NCBI GenBank assembly: GCA_022844165.1
Contig: JALHMH010000002.1
Coordinates: forward strand, 32,001 to 96,000
DNA from: Lysobacterales bacterium
GTDB lineage: Bacteria; Pseudomonadota; Gammaproteobacteria; Xanthomonadales; SZUA-5
Direction of reading: 5' to 3'
DNA length: 64,000 nucleotides
Shown: positions 56,423-64,000 of the stretch, in pieces
Layout of the letters: each line of letters begins with the position of its first letter
Numbering within the stretch: the first letter of the stretch is position 1
Notes under the pieces: model-generated
Seen by the model: only the letters and a program-made list of their open reading frames with translations
The model's database searches: none
Told to the model about the DNA's origin: nothing
Program-made: the position numbers and the translations under genes

Positions 56423-57789
56423 GTACTCCAAGAATCGTGACACTCGTTGCGGTGGTGGCCGCGCTGTCGGCCGCTGGCGGGTGGTGGCTGGGACAACGGC
56501 GGGCGGATACGCCCGAAGTGACCATCTCGAAGGCCGAACCGGCGCAGCCGCAAATCCTCTACTACCGCAACCCGATGGGCCTGCCCGACACGTCGCCGGT
56601 TCCAAAGAAGGACTCGATGGGCATGGATTACGTGCCGGTGTATGCGGGCGAGGCGCCGTCGACGCCGGGTACCGTAGTAATGTCGCCGGAGAAGGTGCAG
56701 TTGATCGGCGTGCGTACCGTCACGGTCGAACTGGCGCCGATGCAGCAGTCGCTGCGTGCCAGCGGCAGCATCGCCATCGATCAAGCACGTCAGTGGGTGA
56801 TCGCACCGAAGTTCGAAGGCTGGGTGCAAACGCTTGCAGCCAACCAGGTCGGCATGCGCGTGCGCCGCGGCCAGGCGCTGATGAGTGTCTACAGTCCCGA
56901 ACTGCGCTCGGCGCAAAACGAGTACCTGATCGCCCAGCGCGCCGCCGCGACCATGGCGGCGGCCGATCCGGCCAGCGCGGCGAGCATGCGCGATCTGTCC
57001 GGCGCGACGCTGGAGCGCCTGCGTAACTGGGGTATCGGTGGCGGCAGCCTGGAACGGCTGAAGGGTGGTCAGGTCGATCCCTACCTGACGTTGACGGCGC
57101 CGGCTGACGCAGTGATCACCGACAAGCCGGCAGTGCAGGGCATGCGCTTCATGGCCGGCGAGATGCTGTTGTCGCTGGCCGATCTGTCGCGCGTGTGGCT
57201 GGTGGCGAATGTGCCGGCCAGCGACTCGGCGCAACTGGTGCTCGGCCAGTCCGTGCAGTTCCGCACGTCGGCATTGCCCGGACGCACGTTCGACGGGACG
57301 ATCAGTTTCATCGCGCCGACCTTCGACGAAGCCAGTCGCACGCTGACGGTGCGCGTCGAACTCGACAATGCCGAGGGCGTCCTGCGGCCCGGCCTTTTCG
57401 GCGATGTCGAATTCCACGCAGATACCGGCCCGGCAGTACTCACCGTGCCGCGCTCGGCCGTGCTCGACAGCGGCACCCGCCAGGTGGTGTTCGTCGAACT
57501 CGCCGCCGGCCGCTTCGAGCCGCGCGCAGTGGCGATCGGCCGTCGCAGCGGCGATCGCGTCGAGATCAACGACGGCCTGGTGGAAGGCGAATCGGTGGTG
57601 TCGGCGGCGAACTTCCTGATCGATGCGGAGAGCAATCTCGGCGCGGCGCTGGACGGATTGAAAGCACCGGATCACGCGGGGCATGGCACCGCGCCCGCGG
57701 GGCGCGGGGACGAGCAAGACGCAGGTGACGCCGAGCCAGACCAGACGCCGGCCGACGGCGGACACCAGCACGCCCCGCAAGGAGGCTGA
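56419..57789 (+). CDS. cusB: Cu/Ag efflux periplasmic adaptor
   Basis: YYRNPM...KDSMGMDYVPVY Met motif, YSPEL, FLIDAES. Confidence 0.88.
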   Translation: MSTPRIVTLVAVVAALSAAGGWWLGQRRADTPEVTISKAEPAQPQILYYRNPMGLPDTSPVPKKDSMGMDYVPVYAGEAPSTPGTVVMSPEKVQLIGVRTVTVELAPMQQSLRASGSIAIDQARQWVIAPKFEGWVQTLAANQVGMRVRRGQALMSVYSPELRSAQNEYLIAQRAAATMAAADPASAASMRDLSGATLERLRNWGIGGGSLERLKGGQVDPYLTLTAPADAVITDKPAVQGMRFMAGEMLLSLADLSRVWLVANVPASDSAQLVLGQSVQFRTSALPGRTFDGTISFIAPTFDEASRTLTVRVELDNAEGVLRPGLFGDVEFHADTGPAVLTVPRSAVLDSGTRQVVFVELAAGRFEPRAVAIGRRSGDRVEINDGLVEGESVVSAANFLIDAESNLGAALDGLKAPDHAGHGTAPAGRGDEQDAGDAEPDQTPADGGHQHAPQGG

Positions 57790-57790
57790 A

Positions 57791-60700
57791 ATGCTCTCCC
57801 GCCTGATCGAATGGTCGTTGCGCAACATCTTCCTGGTGTTGCTGGGCACGCTTGCGATCACCGCCGCCGGCATCTACGCGGTGTCGCGCACGCCGCTGGA
57901 CGCGCTGCCGGATTTGTCCGACGTGCAGGTGATTGTCTACACCGAGTACCCCGGCCAGGCGCCGCAGGTGGTCGAGGACCAGGTCACCTATCCGTTGACC
58001 ACGGCGATGCTGGCGGTGCCGAAATCGCGCGTGGTGCGCGGCTTCTCGTTCTTCGGCTCGTCGTTCGTCTACGTGATCTTCGAGGATGGCACTGATCTCT
58101 ACTGGGCGCGTTCGCGGGTACTGGAGTACCTGAACTTTGCGGCGGGGCGCCTGCCGCCGGGCGTGACGCCAACGCTGGGTCCCGATGCCACCGGCGTCGG
58201 TTGGGTCTACCAGTACGCGCTCGAAGGCAAGGACCGCTCGCTGGACGAGCTGCGCGCGATCCAGGACTGGTACGTGCGCTACCAACTGACCAAGGCGCAC
58301 GGCGTCGCCGAAGTCGCCAGTCTCGGTGGTTTCGTGCGCCAGTATTCGGTCACCGTCGATCCGGCCAAGCTGCGCCAGTTCGGTGTGCCGCTGATGCAGG
58401 TCGGCGAGGTGATCAAGGCCAGCAACCGCGACGTCGGCGGTCGCAGCGTCGAGATCAGCGAGACCGAGTACATGGTGCGCAGTCGCGGCTACCTGCGTGG
58501 CATCGCCGATATCGAGCAACTGGTGTTGCGCGCCGAAGGTGGCACGCCGGTGCTGATCCGCGATGTCGCCACCGTGGAACTGGCCGCCGATGAGCGTCGC
58601 GGCATCGCCGAGCTCAATGGCGAAGGCGAGGTGGTGTCCGGTGTGGCCATCGCGCGCTCTGGCGAGAACACGCTGGCGGTGATTCACAACCTCAAGGACA
58701 AGATCGCCGAGATCAGCAGCGGCCTGCCCGATGGCGTCGCCATCCGCAGCGTCTACGACCGCTCCGATCTGATCCACCGCGCAATCGCCACGCTGCAGAC
58801 CACGCTGATCGAGGAAAGCATCATCGTCGCGCTGGTGTGCATCGTGTTCCTGTTCCACGTGCGCAGCGCGCTGGTGGCTATCGTCATGCTGCCGATTGGC
58901 GTGCTGATCGCCTTCCTGGCGATGCACGCGCTCGGCATGAACTCCAACATCATGAGCCTCGGCGGTATCGCCATTGCCATAGGCGCGATGATCGACGCCG
59001 CGATCGTGATGATCGAGAACGCGCACAAACACATCGAGCGCGGCGGCGACCGCAGCCGACTGCAACTGATCATCGACGCTTGCAAGGAGGTCGGTCCGTC
59101 GTTGTTCTTTGGCCTTTTGATCATCACCGTGTCGTTCGTGCCGGTGTTTGCGCTGGAAGCGCAAGAGGGCCGCTTGTTCAAGCCGCTCGCCTACACCAAG
59201 ACCTTTGCGATGGCCGGCGCCGCGGTGCTGTCGGTGACGCTGGTGCCGGTGCTGATGTACCTGTTCGTGCGCGGCCGCATCCTTGCCGAATCAAAGAATC
59301 CGCTGAACCGCTTGCTGATCGCGATCTACCGTCCGGTGATCGCCTTCGTGCTGCGTTTCCAGAAGGGAGTGATCGCGCTGGCAGTGGTGGTGCTGATCGC
59401 GACCGCGTGGCCGGCCAGCCGGCTCGGCTCGGAGTTCATGCCGAGCTTGAACGAAGGCAGCCTGCTGTACATGCCGTCCTCGTTGCCGGGCATGAGCGTC
59501 ACCCAGGCCGGCCAGTTGCTGCAGACCCAGGACCGCATCATCAAGTCCTTCCCCGAGGTCGAATCGGTGTTCGGCAAGGCCGGGCGCGCACTGACCGCCA
59601 CCGATCCGGCGCCGCTGGAGATGTTCGAGACGGTGATCAACCTGAAGCCGCAGGATCAGTGGCGGCCGGGGATGACGCAAGACCAGTTGATCGCCGAAAT
59701 GGACAGCGCGCTCAAGTTTCCCGGCGTTGCCAACTCCTGGACGATGCCGATCAAGGCGCGCACCGACATGCTCTCCACCGGCATCCGTACACCGATCGGC
59801 ATCAAGGTGTTCGGCAAGGATTTGCAGCAGATCGAGACCGTCGCGCGCGACATCGAGCGCGTCGTGCGCGCCGTGCCCGGCACCACCAGCGCCTATGCCG
59901 AACGCCTGACCGGCGGCTTTTATCTGGACATCGAGCCGGACCTGACGCAACTGGCGCGCTATGGGTTGTCGGTCGGTGCCATCCAGGATGTGGTCGCCGC
60001 CGCACTCGGCGGCGAAATGGTCACCACCACGGTGGAGGGCCGCGAGCGCTTCGGCGTGATCGTGCGCTATCCGCGCGAATTGCGCGATTCGCCCGAACGC
60101 ATCGCCCGCGAAGTGCTCATTGCGACCATGGATGGCGCGCAGATCCCCCTCGGCGAACTCGCGCATGTGGGCCTGAGCCAGGGCGCACCCTCGATCCGCA
60201 CCGAGAACGCGCTGCTCAGCGCCTACATCTACGTCGACCTGCGCGGTCGCGACATCGGCAGCTATGTCGGCGATGCGCAGCGGGCGGTGGCCGAGCAGGT
60301 GGTCTTCCCGCCAGGGACTTACGCTACCTGGAGCGGCCAGTTCGAGTACATGCAGCGCGCGCAGGCCACGATGAAAGTGGTCATTCCGCTGACGCTCGGC
60401 ATCATCTTCCTGCTGCTGTATCTCAATTTCCGCCGCATCACCGAATCGCTGATCGTGATGTTCTCGGTACCGTTCGCGCTGGTCGGCGGCGTCTGGCTGA
60501 TGTGGGCGCTGAGCTACAACCTGAGCGTCGCGGTGGCCGTCGGATTCATCGCGCTTGCGGGCGTTGCCGCGCAGACCGGCGTGGTCATGCTGATCTATCT
60601 TGATCACGCACTGGCGGCGCGCGCCGCCGCGCGCAAGGCCGCCGGCGAGACGCTGATGGCGGCCGATCTGATCGACGCCATTGTCGAAGGTGCGGTCGAA

Positions 60701-60922
60701 CGCGTGCGCCCGAAGATGATGACCGTCACCGCGATCATCGCCGGCCTGCTGCCGATCATGTGGAGCACCGGCACCGGCTCGGAAGTCATGCGCCGCATCG
60801 CGGCGCCGATGGTCGGCGGGATGCTCTCGTCGACAGTGCTGACGCTGGTGGTGATACCAGCGGTGTATGCCTTGGTGAAGAGGCGTCAGACCTTGCAGAG
60901 AGATTCGAGCACGGCGCGGTAA
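57791..60922 (+). CDS. cusA: Cu/Ag RND transporter
   Basis: DALPDLSDVQV, GPDATGVGW, GAMIDAAIVMIEN, Met sites LYMP/PLEM/WTMP. Confidence 0.93.
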   Translation: MLSRLIEWSLRNIFLVLLGTLAITAAGIYAVSRTPLDALPDLSDVQVIVYTEYPGQAPQVVEDQVTYPLTTAMLAVPKSRVVRGFSFFGSSFVYVIFEDGTDLYWARSRVLEYLNFAAGRLPPGVTPTLGPDATGVGWVYQYALEGKDRSLDELRAIQDWYVRYQLTKAHGVAEVASLGGFVRQYSVTVDPAKLRQFGVPLMQVGEVIKASNRDVGGRSVEISETEYMVRSRGYLRGIADIEQLVLRAEGGTPVLIRDVATVELAADERRGIAELNGEGEVVSGVAIARSGENTLAVIHNLKDKIAEISSGLPDGVAIRSVYDRSDLIHRAIATLQTTLIEESIIVALVCIVFLFHVRSALVAIVMLPIGVLIAFLAMHALGMNSNIMSLGGIAIAIGAMIDAAIVMIENAHKHIERGGDRSRLQLIIDACKEVGPSLFFGLLIITVSFVPVFALEAQEGRLFKPLAYTKTFAMAGAAVLSVTLVPVLMYLFVRGRILAESKNPLNRLLIAIYRPVIAFVLRFQKGVIALAVVVLIATAWPASRLGSEFMPSLNEGSLLYMPSSLPGMSVTQAGQLLQTQDRIIKSFPEVESVFGKAGRALTATDPAPLEMFETVINLKPQDQWRPGMTQDQLIAEMDSALKFPGVANSWTMPIKARTDMLSTGIRTPIGIKVFGKDLQQIETVARDIERVVRAVPGTTSAYAERLTGGFYLDIEPDLTQLARYGLSVGAIQDVVAAALGGEMVTTTVEGRERFGVIVRYPRELRDSPERIAREVLIATMDGAQIPLGELAHVGLSQGAPSIRTENALLSAYIYVDLRGRDIGSYVGDAQRAVAEQVVFPPGTYATWSGQFEYMQRAQATMKVVIPLTLGIIFLLLYLNFRRITESLIVMFSVPFALVGGVWLMWALSYNLSVAVAVGFIALAGVAAQTGVVMLIYLDHALAARAAARKAAGETLMAADLIDAIVEGAVERVRPKMMTVTAIIAGLLPIMWSTGTGSEVMRRIAAPMVGGMLSSTVLTLVVIPAVYALVKRRQTLQRDSSTAR

Positions 60923-61030
60923 CGGCGCCGTCGGATATCCCCCTCGGCGACCGGCTCGACGGGTGGATGAGGGAAGCCGGCCGCGCACGCCCGCCGCATG
61001 CGGGTGCAAGTTCCCCAAACGGAGAGCAAC

Positions 61031-61408
61031 ATGAACATCCAGATGAACATCACCAACCCGATACGCCATGTCCGGTTGCTGATTGCCTTGATCCTGTTGG
61101 CCCTTTTGTCCGCCTGTGCCAGCAACAGTCCCACGCGCCACTTCTTCATGCAGGGACAGGTGCTGTCGGTGCAAGACCAGAATGTGGTCGTGTGCGTCGG
61201 CAAAGCCCACGGCGCCGAAGTGGGCCAGGTGCTGAGTGTTTATCGCAACGAGCAAGCTCACGCTGCGCCGAAAGCGCCGCCAGCAGGCTTCAAGCGGGTA
61301 CCGATGGGCCAGGTGCGGATCGTGGAAGTGTTCGACGAGCACTACGCGCGGGCCGAGGTGGTGTCCGGCGAGATTCACGCCAACGACACTGCGGAACTGG
61401 AGCGATAG
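61031..61408 (+). CDS. Uncharacterised lipoprotein (paralog C)
   Basis: LSAC lipobox; MQGQVLS..VVVCVG..DEHYA; GGAG RBS. Confidence 0.75.
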   Translation: MNIQMNITNPIRHVRLLIALILLALLSACASNSPTRHFFMQGQVLSVQDQNVVVCVGKAHGAEVGQVLSVYRNEQAHAAPKAPPAGFKRVPMGQVRIVEVFDEHYARAEVVSGEIHANDTAELER

Positions 61409-61506
61409 GCGGGGCTTCGGCCGCTGCGTCGCTGGCTGGCGACGCGGCGTTCATACCGGCCGGCGCGCGTGCGCCAGCCGGTACCTGCATCCAAAGGAAA
61501 TCAGCC

Positions 61507-61701
61507 ATGAACCGGAACTGGAAAATGGTGGGCTTGTCTGCCGCACTCGTGATTGCGTTCGTGGTCTTGCGCGAACACTGGGGCCATGTGCTGGGCGCGC
61601 TTCCGTACCTAGTGCTGCTGGCTTGCCCGTTGCTGCATCTGTTCCATGGACACGGCGATCACGCGCACCACGACCATTCGACGGATGACCGCAAGCCCTG
61701 A
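61507..61701 (+). CDS. DUF2933-like membrane protein
   Basis: EHWGH..LPYLVLLACPLLHLFHGHG. Confidence 0.85.
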   Translation: MNRNWKMVGLSAALVIAFVVLREHWGHVLGALPYLVLLACPLLHLFHGHGDHAHHDHSTDDRKP

Positions 61702-62158
61702 GCCCGCCTCGCTGGCGGATGCGCTGGGTCGGGCAGTCACGTATGCGGTCGTTACGTTGCCGATGTTTGCCCTTTGGGAACTCGCGCACGCACCGCTGTA
61801 CACGCTATGGATCGACGCCGGTCCCGCGGCAGCCTGGCAAGCTGCTCTGCATTGCACGTTGGGCGATGCAGTGATCGCGTTTGCCTGCGCGCTGGCAGCG
61901 CCGCTTCTCACCCGCGTGTCGCCCTGGATGCGCCATGTCCATCGCACCGACATGGTTGTAGTGACTCTGGGATTGGCAACGACAATCGCGATTGAGTGGA
62001 TCAGCACGCAATGGCTCGGCCGCTGGACTTACCGCGAGTCGATGCCCGTCGATCCAATCCTTGGCATTGGCCTGAGTCCGCTCGCGCAGTGGATCGTGGT
62101 TCCGTTGCTGGCGCTTTGGATCCTGCGACGAAAGGGCGACCCCAGGCGTATCGGCTAG
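61685..62158 (+). CDS. Hypothetical membrane protein
   Basis: WELAHAPLY, HCTLGD, GRWTY..MP, GLSPLAQW; 4 hydrophobic segments. Confidence 0.7.
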   Translation: MTASPEPASLADALGRAVTYAVVTLPMFALWELAHAPLYTLWIDAGPAAAWQAALHCTLGDAVIAFACALAAPLLTRVSPWMRHVHRTDMVVVTLGLATTIAIEWISTQWLGRWTYRESMPVDPILGIGLSPLAQWIVVPLLALWILRRKGDPRRIG

Positions 62159-62821
62159 CTAGGGCCGAGTGCCGCGGTACAGCCCTATTCGGCCGACGGG
62201 AACAGCCAGTGTGTGCAGGGTTGATACGTCAACAAAGCCTGCGTCGTGCATGAACTCGGGCAACCGGCCCTCCGCGTGGTCGCGGGTGTTGGCATAGCCG
62301 TCAAGCAAGCGCACCAGCTGAAATGCGGTTCGGCCCAGCCATGAGTTCGGCCGGCCGAAATCGGCGACCAGCACCCTACCGCCAGGGCGCAGCACGCGCC
62401 AAACCTCGCGGAGACTGCGTCGCTTGTCGTTGGGCTGGAGGTGGTGGAAGAAGAGCGAAGAGAGCGCTACGTCGAACGAGCCATCGGCGAACGGCAGTGC
62501 ATCGGCCCAGGCAGGCGCAAGGTCCAGCGAGATGCCTGCGGCGGTGGCCTTGGCCTGCGCTTGGCGCAGCATGGCTGGGTCGGCATCGACACCGGCGATT
62601 CGCGCGCCGGGCACTCGCGAGGCCAACTGCAGCAGCAGGGTGCCGGTGCCACAGCCCAGGTCCAGAACCCTTTCGCCGGGTGTGACAGCGGCGTGCGTCA
62701 ATAGAGACGCCTTCATCCGGGCTTCGCGCACCGTCAACGCCACCAGACGGTCGTACCATGGCGTGAGGAACGGGAAGCGCAACGCCGGAACGAAGTCCCG
62801 GTGGGGCAAATTGCTACTCAT
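62159..62821 (-). CDS. Class I SAM-dependent methyltransferase
   Basis: VLDLGCGTG, LPFADGSFD, LRPGG. Confidence 0.9.
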   Translation of the reverse strand: MSSNLPHRDFVPALRFPFLTPWYDRLVALTVREARMKASLLTHAAVTPGERVLDLGCGTGTLLLQLASRVPGARIAGVDADPAMLRQAQAKATAAGISLDLAPAWADALPFADGSFDVALSSLFFHHLQPNDKRRSLREVWRVLRPGGRVLVADFGRPNSWLGRTAFQLVRLLDGYANTRDHAEGRLPEFMHDAGFVDVSTLHTLAVPVGRIGLYRGTRP

Positions 62822-63017
62822 CGGATGCTGCCGTCAAAGCCAGCGCACCCAGCAGTGCGATCAGCAGCACCGGATGAAGGAGCATGAGGTGCACGAAGTT
62901 GCGTTCAACCAGAAAGCCGTCCACAAACAGGGACACGATCGCCACGAGCATCAGGATCCGCAATGGCTGTCGCCTTCGCTGGGTCCAGCGCAACAAGGTT
63001 GGGAGAGTGTTGGTCAT
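62814..63017 (-). CDS. Small 2-TM membrane protein
   Basis: MTNTLPTLL...; paralog of 51664. Confidence 0.6.
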   Translation of the reverse strand: MTNTLPTLLRWTQRRRQPLRILMLVAIVSLFVDGFLVERNFVHLMLLHPVLLIALLGALALTAASDE

Positions 63018-63097
63018 GAAAAGTCCGCCTTCGAAGGTCCGATAGGCCGAGCAGCTTGCCGCGATCGAGCCTGTTTGGCTTGAACAAAGCGGCGGAA

Positions 63098-63850
63098 TCA
63101 AGCCGTTCGCAAGGCAGCCAGAATGGCGCTGGGCGGCACGCCGAAGTGTCTTTGCATGGTTCGGCTCAGATGGGCAGCGTCCGAAAATCCGGCGTCTTGC
63201 GCCGCCCGACTCAAGTCCGCGCCCGCGGCGGCACTCATCAAGGCCCGGCGCAATCGCAGCCAGCGCAAGTAGGGTCGCAGAGGCATCCCCACCAGCGCGC
63301 GAACCCGATGTCTGAAATGACTGGGCGACAGCGAGGCTTCGCTTGCGAATTCCGCCAGTGTGCTGTTCAACTCGCTGCGGGCCGGCAGGCCTTCAAGAAG
63401 ATCTCGGACGCGGTCGGAGCGGCGGCCATCTGGAGCCGGCACCGACTTGGGTAACCCGAGTGCCGCGAGCAGCGGGCCCAGATCTGCGTCGGTCGACAAC
63501 GGCCAGACGCCGAGCGCGGCATCGCGCTGTCGCTCCGTGAGCAGACACAATCCCCGCACGCAGGCCAGCGCCAAAGTCCGTCCCGTATGAGACTCGCGTT
63601 CGACGTACAGCAGCGCCGCGGCACCGGGCCAGACGCGGTGCGGCACGTCCGCGTCGATCAGCACTCCGGGCGCAGTGATGTCGCCTTGACCATGAGCGGA
63701 AACGGTGACCGTTTCGCGGGGAGCGAGGACCAGTTGCAGGGCATGGTGGGTATGTACCCGGTTGTCGCCCATGTCGCCGGAAAACACCGCCCAGCCTGTG
63801 CCCAGCGCAATGCGCCCGGACCAGGCAGGCGATTTCTCGTGGTGCGTCAT
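63098..63850 (-). CDS. AraC family transcriptional regulator
   Basis: N-terminal HTHH cupin; AGFSDAAHLSRT..FG. Confidence 0.9.
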   Translation of the reverse strand: MTHHEKSPAWSGRIALGTGWAVFSGDMGDNRVHTHHALQLVLAPRETVTVSAHGQGDITAPGVLIDADVPHRVWPGAAALLYVERESHTGRTLALACVRGLCLLTERQRDAALGVWPLSTDADLGPLLAALGLPKSVPAPDGRRSDRVRDLLEGLPARSELNSTLAEFASEASLSPSHFRHRVRALVGMPLRPYLRWLRLRRALMSAAAGADLSRAAQDAGFSDAAHLSRTMQRHFGVPPSAILAALRTA

Positions 63851-63863
63851 TGCTCGTGGCCTT

Positions 63864-64000
63864 TCACTGGCCCTTCCGCAGCCTCAGCGCGTTGGCCACC
63901 ACCGACACCGACGACAGGCTCATCGCCAGTGCCGCGATCATCGGACTCAGCAGCAAGCCGAAGCTCGGGTACAGCAGCCCGGCAGCGATCGGCACGCCGA
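63864..64000 (-). CDS. 3' end of Cu-type P1B ATPase (CopA-like), truncated by window edge
   Basis: Manual read: [44 protein letters not shown]. Confidence 0.85.
   Translation of the reverse strand, partial: GVPIAAGLLYPSFGLLLSPMIAALAMSLSSVSVVANALRLRKGQ

Noticed and set aside
38800-64000. Metal region as prophage cargo or transposon
   Set aside because: No transposase, terminal repeats or att evidence linking it to the prophage within the window

Overview
GC-rich proteobacterial (possibly Xanthomonadales-like, inferred) chromosome window with two parts. (1) ~1-38,700: most of a lambda-like cos-type prophage that continues off the left edge. It carries tail and head genes, terminase, an array of small genes each behind the same 32-bp motif, two ParB-fused DNA methyltransferases, a recognisable cos site, replication/recombination genes, a large serine recombinase module and an XRE/ImmA switch. 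Between the cos/late-promoter region and the early genes lies an oppositely oriented ~8.5 kb cargo island: a long hairpin, then SIS-SIS-HAD fusion, PRTase-like protein, ORC/CDC6-like ATPase, unknown (possibly CARF-like) protein and PfkB kinase, followed by a divergent HTH/NADAR pair. This island is the best candidate for an undescribed nucleotide/sugar-phosphate-based defence system. (2) ~38,800-64,000: heavy-metal resistance region with czcCBA, a P-II-like gene, a Zn/Cd P1B-ATPase, a multicopper oxidase, a cusCBA-like pump and the 3' end of a Cu ATPase, plus several paralogous small uncharacterised genes and putative metal-sensing leader ORFs. All assignments come from motif recognition by eye; no database searches were run.
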